Notes: a model not told the origin generated them from the letters alone. Shown: positions 50,001 through 63,245, counted from the first letter of the stretch. The stretch: 64,000 nucleotides of DNA from Phoronis australis (GCA_002633005.1 NMRA01000240.1:364021-428020); one strand, 5' to 3'. Made by a program: numbers and translations.

Positions 50001-52161
50001 GGACACAAAGGTGGTACAGTCTTCTGAAAAACAAGTTTTTTTTGGAAGTTTAGGACCTAAGGGCTAATTGGTCAAAATTGTCCAAGAAGTACCTTTTATG
50101 TCTTGTCCCTGAAGAGTCTAATAAAACATTGGCTGATATACAGGTCTATGAATAACTTGACATGTATTCTTGTAAGGAACTAACTGTCCTTAAACTGTTC
50201 ACATTAATTGAAGTGTTATACCTTAAACAGCTAGATTCATGCAGGATGTGTGTTTAGCTGAATGAATTGGATTTAACTCATGTGGTATAAATTGCATTTG
50301 CCTGTTCACTTGATATGTTGCCTTATTGCTGCTTGTATCTTTTTGTTTACATATAAAACAATACGTGTGAGATAGCTGTTTAAGCAATGCTCCCTAACTC
50401 AGTATATTTTGTTCACCTATCATAATCATCCCATTTTTGTTTGCTCACCTGTCTTGTTAAGGACGAAGATGAGTCTGATGAGGTATGTTAAAGTTGTGTA
50501 TCTTTAGTTGGCGTGGTAACCGGCAGAGATATTTCTTATCTTAGCGTTGCTGGGCATGAATTCATAGGAGAGGCTTGAAACTGCAGGCTAATTGTTTAAC
50601 GCAGAATGCAGGCATGCTATTTTTTTGGTTTAATGCATGAATCTTATGTACCTTTCGTTGTTTCTGGAATTTTGCAGTGATATTATATTTAGTGTATTTG
50701 CACCTTGTCACATTTTGTTAAATCAGGTGTGATCATCCAATATGGAGGAAGGACCCAAATACATGGGAAGGGAGGGCATATCTTTCACACTGACTGGAAT
50801 TGGGAATAGTTTACCATTTTTGTGTTTTCATATCTTGTTACAGATTTGTCGTGTGTCAAACACTAAACGCTTATTCACATTGCTGTCAAAAAACATAAAG
50901 AAGCATGTCAGAATGAAATGTTAGAAAAGTACATTTCGTGAAACTTTGGCATATACTTGCTGTCAGTGGTATTGCTAATGTCTTTTTTAATGGCATGCGA
51001 ATAAATCGAATAATGGTATTACCCTTACGACAACCCACATCCTTCCTAATTTTTGCTCCTCCTCATTTTTGAGTCTTTATACTTCCCAACTCCGACTACT
51101 CTTTCCAGAAAGTTAATTTTTCTCCCATAAACACTCTGAACTTCACATTGGATGATCAAAGCCAGTGAGTGTTACCAAATGTGTTTAGTGAAGTGTTTTT
51201 ATCATTCAATTACCTTTGGGATTTTTGTTCTTGAAGTTATCACTGTCAGTTGATTCTGTGTACATGGTATGCTATGTGAAAACGAAGTGATATTGCAAAT
51301 GAAATTGCATTTACCACAAATGTAAGGCAAGATGTGATTCCAGGAATTCCATTGCATGCTGTGAAGTGCCACATGCCTGGTCTTGCCAGTATATGAGAGA
51401 CATAACATCTCATACATCATGACTACTCAAGTTGATGTTATTCATACCCTTGTCAATGTTGTCTGCCTATGCATGTACATGTGTTCTTTTTAATTCATTG
51501 TGCCAGAATACCAGTCAATAACTTCTACATTAAGTCTTTAATTGAGTTGATGTGTAGAAGTGTTAATATGAGGTGCCAAGTTGTCCCATAATACTTCTCA
51601 TTATTGACCATTTATTTTTAGCTGGTGAACTCGGTATACTATGAGTTTCTTCAACCAATTCTCGACAAACTATTATTTTTTAGGTCTTTACACTATCTGC
51701 TAAGGTGTATGTTTTTTTATTGATACATACTTTTGAACTTTTTCGTTTTATGATTCTAGTAACAGTACTGTTGTCAGTTAGAACTGACAGGAATTGGGAA
51801 TCCTCACAAATGCTTAGGACATGTACTTCAGTTTAATATATTGTTGATATATTTTGAATTTAGCTTATCCTTAACTGTTACTTGATTCTTTCCCTTGCCT
51901 ATATATTCATGGCAATGGATTAAGGGAAATGTCCACATGTTGAATAACTTTCCTTGGTCACTGTGGAAATTAATCCAGAGCTAATCACTGAAGTCTTTCT
52001 TGAATTGATTGAATGTTTGAAAGGGTATGGTATTATGCTAAGCTGTTTGCTGTGTATCAATTTTCTGGTTCATGTGACATGGAGTTGTTGCCGTAGCAAC
52101 TGTTGGTTCAAAATTGCTTATAGTGCAGTTATATACTCTAGATTTGTCTCACTTTACTTAA

Positions 52162-53067
52162 AGGTGAAGGCAACCTTTCTTCATGTCATTTTTAGCAAAA
52201 ATAAGGTTCGTTGGTTATCCCAGACATAATTTCAACTTAATTACAGCTTTTCATAATTTAATTAAATATTCGTTCTCTACTCCGGAAGTGACGTTTTGGG
52301 AGGCAAGCATTTCGCGCCAATTTCTTTTCATATATAGTCTGACTATGAGAGCTGTCGAGTCAGTCATTGATCTGCCTCAGTTGTGATAAGTTCGGTCGTC
52401 ATTTGCTTTTGTTTACGAGTCAGTCAACATGCCACAATGTTGCTGCGTACCGGAATGTACTCATTATGGCCCAAAGCCTGTTAGCAGCCCTGCTGCGATG
52501 TTGAGTAGTGGGAGTGAATACAGGTCCAGTCAGTGAAGAGTACAGTTCATCGTTCAATGAACAGATCGTTGAGCCATCCCAACTTTGATAAGTTTATTGT
52601 GGACTTGTTTAAAGTATTGGAGCTATTTTGAAGGTGTCAGGTGTCTGGTGAGGGAGTCACACAGCGGGGTGTAAGCAGTTTGTGTGCTCAGGTCACTATC
52701 CAGTGGGAGTGTGTTGCGGTACACTCAGGCAAATGGGATAGTTGTTCCTCTGTCTGTGAGACAATAATGAGTACATCTCTGTACGCAGCAACAATGTGGC
52801 ATGTTGACTGACTCGTAAACAATAGCAAATGACGACCGAACTTATCACAACCGAGATAGAACAATGAATGACTCGGCAGCTCTCACAGTCAGACTATATG
52901 AAAAGAAATTGGCGCGAAATGAATTCCTCCCTAAACGTCACTTCCGGAGTAGAGAACGAATAAATAATTAAATTATGAAAAGCTGTTATTAAGTGAAAAA
53001 TATGTCTGGAATAACCAACGAACCTTATTTTTGCTAAAAAAGACATGAAAAAGGGTTGCCTTCGCCT
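52162..53067. mobile_element. Kolobok-like non-autonomous element with ~290-bp TIRs (DCDC2 intron)
   Basis: TTAA on both sides (52158-52161, 53068-53071). Ends AGGTGAAGGCAACC / GGTTGCCTTCGCCT. Arms 52162-52450 and 52781-53067 are close reverse complements. Confidence 0.85.
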
Positions 53068-54023
53068 TTAAGTACTGTGGGGTATGTTCATGATAGTGAC
53101 TGGAGCCTTAAGATTTGGTCTGGAGGCTTAAAAATCCACAATTGCTGAGTAGCCATGAAATGAGAAGTGCATTATGGTCTAGAAATAACTGACATTTAGT
53201 TATGTTTCATAAATAGCAGTGTGGACCGTAAAAGGTCTTTGCCACTCAGGCTCCAAAGCTTTGGTACTGCCAAAGCTTTTAGCAATGGGAACACTTAACT
53301 TGGGTCTTTAATCGTGAGTTAACTCCAAAGTAAAGAGGTCGCTTATGAAAACACTTATCTGCGACGCTATCGGAGTTACTGGCAGGGGTCACTGCCTGCA
53401 TTTGCCAACAGCGGGTGGTGACTATTTGTTAATATTTTGTTCTGATAGTTGTTATTTTATGGTATAAGCATTCTGTTTCAATTTATTCGTGTATATGATG
53501 TATTCTTTCGATTAAAAAATCACTGAACATGTAGTGTACACAAAACGAGTTTCTGCTGTACCATACCATCTTTGTTTTTATCAGCTATAGCTTGCGCAAG
53601 AGTCAAATTTTTAATGTGTCATTTTCTAGTACATCTTCATCGCCCTAACATGGCAATTAACTGTTGGCTGCTTTGTGAAGTTGATGTTCCTTTTTCCATC
53701 AGGGGAGAGAGAGAAATCCTTGCCATTTTTGATTACGAGTATTGTCAAAATAGACAAGACCATGACCTTCGGTCATTAAGTGCTACCTTGCGATAAATTT
53801 GGTGAACTGTACCTCTGAAGTTTATGGAACTTTTACACTCAATAGGCTTAACTTCACACAGTTAACATTGAAGCTTCGATAGTAGAGAAGTTAACTGTAT
53901 AGGAAATGGCCTTTAGACTAAATTTCTGAGTTAAGTCTGAGTCACTTTTCATGAACTGGCCTTACCATTTGACCATCAATTAGGTGCTCTGCTTCTTGCA
54001 TAGTATGGAACTATGCATTCCAT

Positions 54024-54095
54024 GTGAGCTATATCTGTGAGCTACATCCCTGAGCTACATCCGTGAGCTACATCCGTGAGCTACATCCGTGAGCT
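54024..54095. repeat. 13-bp tandem repeat, ~5.5 copies
   Basis: Unit GTGAGCTACATCC. Confidence 0.9.
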
Positions 54096-54746
54096 TTACA
54101 TCAGCACCACATGCCATGTTGATTGATCCAGTGTTATTGTAATTAGCCATTTGGGAAATCACCATCATCACTGAACCTACAGTGCTGTATTATTGATAAC
54201 TGTTTGGTTACTCTACTTGTCAGAATACAAAACTCCATTTGCTGTGATTGCTAATTGACAACCCCTTTTTGAAATTATGGGTTATCAATACTTGATGGTG
54301 ATGTTTTGACATGACTTGACATAATTGAAATTAAACAGATTTCATCACCTAATTCCCATCATTTAGCATGAAGGCATTCCCTTGAATTATTTTAAATATA
54401 TGGGATTGCCTGTAGGGTTTTACTCTTTGGTCATATTTGCCTTTGCTAAAGGCTCAAGCAGTCTTAAGTTTTAATTGTGTGAGCTAGAGAAACATTGGAC
54501 ACTTGAGAGCTGCATTGTAAAGATTCTCCAATTTTGACAGTCTCTAAAATTTGGGACACAGACGTTCAAGCACTAAGTTGAGTTGCGTTCATTTTATAGA
54601 TTGGGACACTATCGATTTTCACATTCATAATTTTTCTAAGATTTCGGACTCTGTTTTATAGTAACAGAGTCTGAAAATAGACTTGGCAGTTCAAAATAGC
54701 TGCCATTGCAAACTGTCCATGCATCCTAATAAGCCGCTTTTACACA

Positions 54747-55226
54747 GAGACAGTTGTTACCCTGTCAGTGCGAGACAGTTGTTACCCTGTCAGTGCGAGA
54801 CAGTTGTTTAACCCTGTCAGCGCGAGACAGTTGTTACCCTGTCAGCGCGAGACAGTTGTTACCCTGTCAGCGCGAGACAGTTGTTACCCTGTTAGCGCGA
54901 GACAGTTGTTACCCTGTCAGCGCGAGACAGTTGTTACCCTGTCAGCGCGAGACAGTTGTTACCCTGTCAGCGCGAGACAGTTGTTACCCTGTCAGCGCGA
55001 GACAGTTGTTACCCTGTCAGCGCGAGACAGTTGTTACCCTGTCAGCGCGAGACAGTTGTTACCCTGTCAGCGCGAGACATTTGTTACCCTGTCAGTGCGA
55101 GGCAGTTGTTACCCTGTCAGTGCGAGACAGTTGTAATTACACTGCCAGTGCGAGACAGTTGTTACTCTTGTCAGTGCGATACAGGTGTTACCCTGTCAGT
55201 GCGAGACAGGTGTTACCCTGTCAGTG
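54747..55226. repeat. 25-bp minisatellite, ~19 copies
   Basis: Unit GAGACAGTTGTTACCCTGTCAG(C/T)GC. Confidence 0.97.
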
Positions 55227-58128
55227 TGACTTGCTCTATTTTAATCACATTTATGCAGCATTATATCGCAAACTGGATCAGCATAAATCACTTACTGGAA
55301 GACTTCCTGCGTAGTTGGAACTGGAGCTACTGATGGAGGGTAACTTGTTCTATCTCTCTAACTGGTGTCAAAAATGCGCCCGCCCGCCCGCCTGATATTA
55401 AGTTGCTCTGTGTCAGTTGTGTTTACACACACGCTTGAAACTGATCAGCTGTTCTGTGTTAGTTGCTTCATGACAGCTGTATTAATGCAAGACATAGAGT
55501 GATCCTTTATCATTGATTGAATTCCTGAATTTGGGATGGCCAATTTGCCTATAATTTCTAGAATTTCGTTCATACCCTGACCTCAAGCAAAGTAATTAAT
55601 TTTTTACTGTTTCAGATCGGAAATGTTTTCCATAATCACTTTACTAGGCTTTTGCTTTTCTTTCTGCTGATCTTAAGTCATACGGTACTTTTCACATAAA
55701 TAGCACTGGCTGCATGGCCAAGTAGGCTGTTAATAAAGTTTACCTATCAAAAAGTGTTTCAAAATTGTGTGACCACAAGTAGGTTGTTATCATTAATTGT
55801 TACTGTAAAGTTCAACCATTATTGCAGTATCAACTTCTAAAATGAGCAGTTATTGAATTATTAATTTTTATTGGTAATAAATGTTCAAAGGCGTGGTTTG
55901 TGTTCAAAAAAGTTTATGGGCTGTTAATTTTTGTTGGTGCTGAATACTGGCAGTGTGTAACTTACAGTTGACTTTGAGAGCCAAGTTTCCTTACCTATGT
56001 TTACTGGTTGTCAGGTCAACGACCTTAACAAAAATTCTTAGTAACCATCAATATTTACCTGAATGATGTTAATACCTGTGCTTATGAAGATTTCAACTGC
56101 CTCACATAAATTGTGGTTGTGATTTTTGTAGTTTAATGAAGGGATTATGATGAGCCTAGTCTAGTGGATAAAGAGGTTACTTTACTACTTCAAAATATAC
56201 ATTCATGCCTAGATCACTAATTAGAAATAAACCTCCATGTTTGTCTTAGGATTAAAAAGAAGTACAAAACTAACGGTTTTACATGTGTCTGCTGTTTTTA
56301 TTGATTGTTATGTGCTTTACTGGTTTACATTTCATCGTTGGTGTCCTTTTGTACCCAGCGGCTGTTTGTCATCTCTGTGCAGTCAATACTTGTTAAGTTT
56401 TAGTGTTGATAAAGAAAAGCCCTGTATAAACATAGAATGTTAGCACAGACCTTCAGTTTTTGATTAACTTATATTTATGATGCTTTTCCACATGTATAAT
56501 TATTCCATGATTTTGTTCTTTGTTGCATTCTGAAGAAAACATATTTCTTGGTGGTGCTCTAATCAAATGTATACAAAGTTCAGTAGGTATTCCTGCTAAC
56601 TTTCTACTTAAAAGAAAGTAAGTGTATGTAAGCTTACTGTTTTCCAAATTTGTGAGAGTTTTGGTCTTACTATGAGAAAACACAATTTTATGGAAACAAG
56701 AGTTACACAATGACTGCGATTAAAGTTATTTTTAATAAGCCCTCATAAGAAGATCATTTTGGAAGTCAGTCATAAAACAGCATCTGAAAATTTCATATGA
56801 ATCTACCAGGTATCTCTGAGATTGAGAATGAACATTCCAAAGTTTGAGCCAAATTTTGGGCATTTTTCAAACATGCTACGTAACCTAACAGGTTCTAGTG
56901 GAAGCCTGGGTTTTTATTTTACATGTTAATCTTGTTCTGGCTTCTATTTGAGACTGGCTCCTGTCTATTTACCCAACTGGGCATCTGTCAAAATTAGAAT
57001 ATCATTTCCTAGACCAAGAGAAGTTTGCAAAAACACTGGATTGCTCAGACATCGCCACACATTTCAAGTGAAATGTGAGCATATATACCTTTTCCTGTCA
57101 GTGTCATTAGAGGCAAAATCTCAGCACTTATTGTAGGCCCTGCTCATGTTTATATTAAAGTTTCAATATCAATAATGTGGTTGGTGCCACACTTTCTAGC
57201 ATTAGTATACACCAACTAGTAAATACTTCCAGACCTGTACACTTGGCCAAATCCGTGTTGAAGGTACTTGCCGAAGTTCTATTGATGTTTTATTGATTTT
57301 TTCTTCATTTGCACCAGTATAGATTAAGTAGTTAAACAATGGCTTGATCAATATAAAATTTCATATTTGGATAGATTTTTTTAAAGTGCTATCAGCATTG
57401 TGAAACCTGTTTCTTGCTATGACTTACAGTTATCGCAATATTCGAGATTTACAGCTTAGATGACTTCTTTTAGTGACTTACAGTAGTTATCTATAGCTGC
57501 ACTTTGTTAGCCTATCATATTTGTTATAAAGATGCATTTTTCGTCAGATCAACATGAAATTTGCATGCAGTTTTCATTTAGTCTAAAACAAGGAATGTTC
57601 TTGAGAGAAATCGGATGCAACATGGCACTATGAGCCATTTTTCAAATTATGCTTGCGGAGAATCTAACTCCGCAATCCTTTGACCAAACATTTTCAAAAT
57701 CGGTATGCAAATAGCGTCATGGTCATGGTTTTGATGTTCTTGGTTTTGTCGTCAATCTCATCTTTAAATTTGTATTTGACTTCACCTAGTTTCGCCCCTT
57801 AGAGCTCTTTCATTTGTTACATTTGCCTCTACATTTGTCTTAACGACAGCTTTTTGCTCAAGTCCTTTTAAAAACACAGCAATTATGAAAAATGTTTATA
57901 TCTGTTGATATCAAGTGTCAGTGTGCATTAACTAAAATAATAATATAGATAGATAATGCTACAAAGTCTACAGTGGAAATTGACCTGGTGCATATCTCAG
58001 TTAGGCAGATGGAAACCTGATGCATTATTGGATTGAAGCATTCTGTACTATGTCTTTCAATTTTGTTTTAACAGGGATTCAAAACTAAAAGGTAAGCTGA
58101 TAAATAATGCTGATGCCTTTGCTTTCAG

Positions 58129-58208
58129 ATTGTACCTGTCAGTCACAACAGGCGAATAATTGTGTCTGGACGAGCAAAACGAACACCAGAGGCACCCAAG
58201 TGTATATG
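58129..58208 (+). CDS. DCDC2: DCDC2-like coding exon 3 (inter-domain linker)
   Basis: 80 bp, TTTCAG / GTAGGT, phase 0-2. Reads IVPVSHNRRIIVSGRAKRTPEAPKCI(W); compare VKPVIHSRINVSARF. Confidence 0.9.
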
Positions 58209-58819
58209 GTAGGTACCTTACTTTAGGTAGGTCTTGGAATTCTAGGTGGTGGTTCTAAGGATTTACAGTACTGTTCCTTATTGGACTGATTTGTGTATTG
58301 GCCCTTATTGAGCTGTGTGTGGTCATGTTGAGTTCAGATATTCGCTGTCAGGGTGAGCCATCAAAACTTATTAGTTTTTCACCTTGTTAATGCAAAGCAC
58401 AAGTTTTTGTAATTATTTTGAGTGCTATTCATATCCAGCAAATCTGTACCTAGGCATGAAATTGTATTGGTTCTTTTGTATAAAAAAAATAATTGCAGGT
58501 GGTCTGATACATGTTGTACCAGACATGCGCAGGCCTCGCATGTGGGTCCATTGCACTGATCACCTGGAAATATTTTTATGCTTTATTAATACATGGTTAA
58601 AACCAAGCTGAAGAGCTAGAAACCTGGCTCAAGGGTTTAGCAGTGTGACCTGGTGGGACCTCATACAATAAATGAGTACTTGGTAGCGTGTGTGATAAAA
58701 ACATGTTTAACCTGAACTGTGAAGAAAGAATGGTTCAAAGGTGTAAACGTTTAGTCTATGCTTTGTTGATGCATCTGTCCTTTGTAATTGTAACTTGTGA
58801 ATGTCATTTATGCTTGTAG

Positions 58820-58954
58820 GGTTTATCATAATGGTGACCAGTTTACTCCATCAAAGAAAGTTGTGATTAAAGCAAGACAGAAAAATGACTTTGAGGCGAT
58901 TTGCTCAGAAGTTATGCAGAAAATAGACATGACCAGGAATGGTGGATGTCATAA
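58820..58954 (+). CDS. DCDC2: DCDC2-like coding exon 4 (second DCX domain, N-half)
   Basis: 135 bp, TTGTAG / GTAAGT, phase 2-2. Reads VYHNGDQFTPSKKVVIKARQKNDFEAICSEVMQKIDMTRNGGCH(K). Confidence 0.92.
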
Positions 58955-60125
58955 GTAAGTGTGCAAACTCAAGTCTTGGTGGAATGGAGTTTTTGAACTA
59001 GGAATATGACGGGAAGTATTCAGAATAACAGTTAAAAGGCTAATGAACTGTGTTTACCACATATTTATGTCTCCGCAATTGTCGCCAGCCTTTAACCTTC
59101 TTTTGCAGTCACCTACCACAGCTGTTGAGGACTCATGTGAAATTGTCTTTGAAAAACCATGTGTCTTTGAGGGCTCATGTTTTGTTGTGGAATCCTTTGT
59201 TTTGTTTCTTAATATAATGAGTTAGGTTCATTAAATCATGTGTGATAACACCGTGCACAAAGTGGACTTCACTGCTTACTTCTAGGGAAGGTTTTACCAT
59301 CACTAACTTGTTTTAGTTATTTAGTCTTGACCATAGCAGTGCTGGGGGGCACTTCTCTTCACTCTTTCATAAATGGACAAAATGGAAGGTTTAGATGTTA
59401 ATTCATGCCTCATTCTTGGGAGTGACTGGTGGAGGTTTTGAGGGCATTACTGTTGTGTGGTTTATAATAGCTGCTAGATCCTGTGTGCCACAAGGTGACA
59501 ACTGGCACTCACGACATGGAACGTACGTGACAGTGGTTAGGGATATCTCGATCAATTAAGAGGAGTTATAATTACATGAATGTTTTTGATTAACAAATAA
59601 TGTTCATGTGAGCTCAAGGAGTGCAATAAATAGCATTTTTTTCCAAGTATAATGCTCTGTTAATTTTCTTTTTGTTTCCGTGCACACACTATGGTATAAC
59701 TGTATCTCCTCAATGTCTCAATGCCTATTTTGAAGTCAGTTAATTTCTGACTAGATTAGACTTTGGCATCCAGTTTTTTCTCTTTGCAGAGCCACAACTC
59801 TGCCTTCTGAGGAATTTTCCGATATGTGGTGTTTGAATAGATCTCACCAGTTGCATCCATTTTCGAGTTCTTACGACTACTGTCTGATTGACTAATTCCT
59901 CACTGCACTTTCGTTAGTTTACCGTAAATTGTACAAGATTAGTTTTCTTAATATTTTTTTCATTGTCGTATTCATTAAATTTCACCAAATGTTGCAAAGC
60001 TGTGTTCTTAAAATCATTATCACCATCATTGTCATGGTTTTTGTTTGTCATTCAATTTCACCAGGTGTCACTCAGGAGCAATTCATTTTGATGTTGCTTA
60101 TTCTCCTTTGTTTTTCATTTCTTAG

Positions 60126-60278
60126 GTTTTATGATTTAGAAGATCCTGTGCACCCCATAACAAACGCTGCCCAGCTACTTCATGGAAAGACATATATTGC
60201 TTGTGGAACAATGGAGCGTTGTCAGAGGCTAGACTATGGCACTCCTGGTGCCATTTCACCTAGATCCAACAACAAAAG
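60126..60278 (+). CDS. DCDC2: DCDC2-like coding exon 5 (second DCX domain, C-half)
   Basis: 153 bp, TCTTAG / GTAAAC, phase 2-2. Reads FYDLEDPVHPITNAAQLLHGKTYIACGTMERCQRLDYGTPGAISPRSNNK(R). Confidence 0.92.
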
Positions 60279-61884
60279 GTAAACGAGCCTTTCATTCCGT
60301 TTGTAAAAAAACAAAAAACAAATGTGTAACATTTGTGCATTGCGGTGAATTTGAAAAAGAATGTTGTGCCTTGTGTAATCAATAGTCTTGTTATGGTTGT
60401 CTAGCAGGTATTGAATATCTGTAGATTATGTTATACAATAGTCCAAAGGGACATGTCATGTGGTATCAGCCTGGTAATTAGTTGGTCAATATGCTACAGC
60501 TCCTGTGATCTTCCCAATTACAGACATGTAGGGTACTTATGCCCTCTTCATCTGAATTGTTGTATATATTGCTGTGCTACAGTGTATCACATATGAATCG
60601 ACTGACAGTAAAATCATTAATATGCTCCCAATATGATGGTCAAGTGGTCATTTATTGCTTTCATTTCTCCTTAAAATAAGTATCAAATGAAATCTTTATC
60701 ATTTTAAGTTCTATATCATAGCTACCATGGTGAACAATATTTTAAGAAATGTTGGGCATTCGCAGTGGTGCAATTAAAAAAAAGAAAAACATTTTGGCAT
60801 TTATTTTTGTTAAGAATTTCTGAAATGTGAATTTGTGAATGAAGTGGGAAGAGTTACAATACCAAACCAGAAACAGATAATATATGTTCATTTGACTCAT
60901 TTAGCCTCTATGTACACCTTCTAACCAGGTCATTATGGAAATGAAACAAGCATGTGTACCTCAACTGCCAGGTTTTTTATAAAATGGAGATTAGAGGTCA
61001 CAAAGGGACCAAATTTCTTCAAAAAAGAGAAATTTCTGTCTTTCACCTGCCGAAAGTCATGTACACTAAGTCTTGAAAAGATACCGCGATATATTGCTTT
61101 ACTGCATCCTTAACAATACTCTTTGGAAACCATTCTCTAAAGTGATCTTAGCCAAGTTTTGTTCCCAGTTTGCTGATTGGTTGATTGGAAGTATTTGTCC
61201 CGTCCTTTTATTAGACATTGTATTTTAGTATTGGCTTGCAATGGCTTTACTGATTCAGTTAGTGCCATCTACATTGCTTGCACATCATGTTTTAGCTCAC
61301 CTACAGGATCAGACACTTCAACCAGGTACACCGTCTGCATGTATTTCTTCAAGTCATTAACCTTCTTTTCAATCATGTGATCTGTTCTCATCAATCACCA
61401 TTTCTGTTTTTTAATTTTTCCTGTATTGATCCAAGCTGTCTCCTGTTTGATCCTGTTTTATAAGTTTGACATCATTTGTCACTCTGCATATCACAGTGTT
61501 TCAGTTCATATGTTCCCTTGTCCTGGAGTCAGCTTCATATTCTTATATTTTTTTGATTTGTAGCTGAAAACAAAACACAATTCAGAAGGGCGTGCCATTG
61601 AATTTTACAGTTTTTTAGTCAATAAACTGATAGAGTATTTTACTTAGTGTTGTTGTGCCCTTCAGTATTTCTTTATTAATAGTGAATTGTCACATTCTGC
61701 CTTTGACGAAAATACCTCTTTGGTAATTATGTAATATGCTGCAAATATTCCAATCATGCCAATTTGTGTGGCTTTTAAAACATTATTCAGATTTAGAAAC
61801 TTCTACTGAGAAATGTGTTATTCTGGGTCAACATGCAATAAAATATCAGGACTTTGTCACGATTATAAACATGTCCTTTTTTAG

Positions 61885-61992
61885 AAAAAACTACCAGCAC
61901 CATCTGCCACCATTGAATCAAAAGAGGAAATTGTCACGGAACACAAGCGAGGAGTCATCTCCTAACAATTCTGTCAACTCCAAAGGAAGCAG
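61885..61992 (+). CDS. DCDC2: DCDC2-like coding exon 6
   Basis: 108 bp, TTTTAG / GTATGA, phase 2-2. Reads KNYQHHLPPLNQKRKLSRNTSEESSPNNSVNSKGS(R), including an LPP motif. Confidence 0.82.
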
Positions 61993-62269
61993 GTATGATC
62001 CTAACCCGTGCTGGTATTTATTATCTCTGTAATTAATTGTAGAAGAACATATTGTTGGAACTATGGATATTCTCAAACTATTCAATAGTTTGGTGTAGTG
62101 ATCATTAAAGTTTTTTTTTTGCATTTTACGTTCTAGTTGTAGTAACTTGTGTACAACGCATGCTGATGTAGCTTTTTTGACAGCCTGTTGACTGTAATTT
62201 GCTTGAAAATTAATATCACACAGTAAATGTCCATTCATGTAATATTCATGAAATTATTATGCACTTCAG

Positions 62270-62583
62270 AGCAAGACCAAGGAAGGCAAAAGAAGCAAAG
62301 AAAGAGCAAGGAAAGGAGAAGGAGAAGAAAGAAGAGGAAGTTATTCCAACAAAACCTCGTAAGCATGTGAAACGAACGCCAGATAAAACTAGGTCAGACG
62401 AAACATCAGGGACTAACCAAGAGACTGACCCTGTTAAACAAGAGCCGGAGAAAAAAGCAGAAGTTAAACCAAAACCCACCACACAAGCCAACACAAAATC
62501 AAAACCCAATTCCAAGCCACAGCCTAACTCCAAACAGAGGACACCCGAGCCAGAGCCTGTCAAGGAGGTGGATTATGACAAAG
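62270..62583 (+). CDS. DCDC2: DCDC2-like coding exon 7 (Lys/Glu/Pro-rich low-complexity region)
   Basis: 314 bp, CTTCAG / GTATGA, phase 2-1. Reads ARPRKAKEAKKEQ...EPVKEVDYDK. Confidence 0.85.
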
Positions 62584-63123
62584 GTATGATTGGATGAATA
62601 AAGTGGTACATGTGCTTTGATGCAAGTGCGTCAAGTTTTTGTTAGTCATCAATTGAATAGACTCAATCATGCATTTTGATCGTAGAAAAACTGGTCTGTG
62701 TGAGATGGGGAAAAGTTTAGTGGCTGGTATGACACTTTTGACTAGATCCCCTAACATACTTAGTCATTGTCCTTTTTGGCTATAAAACAATGATCTGACT
62801 GTTCTTTCCTGATGTTCATCTTTAATGCCAAAATAGTTATGATTACTTTAGTCTTCATCTGCCTGTTTAGTCTGCTCATTTCATTCTGTTCTCTGTATTA
62901 AGATGATGGGCGATTTTGCTAGCCTCTGACTTGCTGATATTCTCAGCACAAATAGTGATTTTTAAAAGCTGTTGTGTAGGACCAATATTTCGTCCATCGG
63001 TTTTGAAAGATTTGCACTCTAACTCCCAATAAGGGGTGGGGGGAATGCAGTGGCACTTGTTTGGTATACTTTAATTTAAGCTTCCTTAATTCTAAATTTG
63101 ATTGTTTAACACATTTTTGCTAG

Positions 63124-63245
63124 ATGAGGGAGGTGTGTTCAAGGCTCAGGTGAGCGAAGAGACAAAAGGAGCAAAGGAGGTTAAGGAGAGTGAAGAGACT
63201 GAGACCGAGGTGCCGGTGGATCAGAGAGAGGCAGAGGAGATAGAG
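63124..63245 (+). CDS. DCDC2: DCDC2-like coding exon 8 (gene continues beyond the window)
   Basis: 122 bp, TGCTAG / GTGTGT, phase 1-0. Reads DEGGVFKAQVSEETKGAKEVKESEETETEVPVDQREAEEIE, matching the DCDC2 C-terminal motif G.FKA...E..GA.EV.E...T.VEVPVDQR.AE. Confidence 0.9.

Noticed and set aside
54754-55333. ORFs of 122-186 aa with repeating LLPCQRETVVTLSARDSCYPVSARQ
   Set aside because: Artefact of a stop-free 25-bp minisatellite cycling through frames inside an intron.
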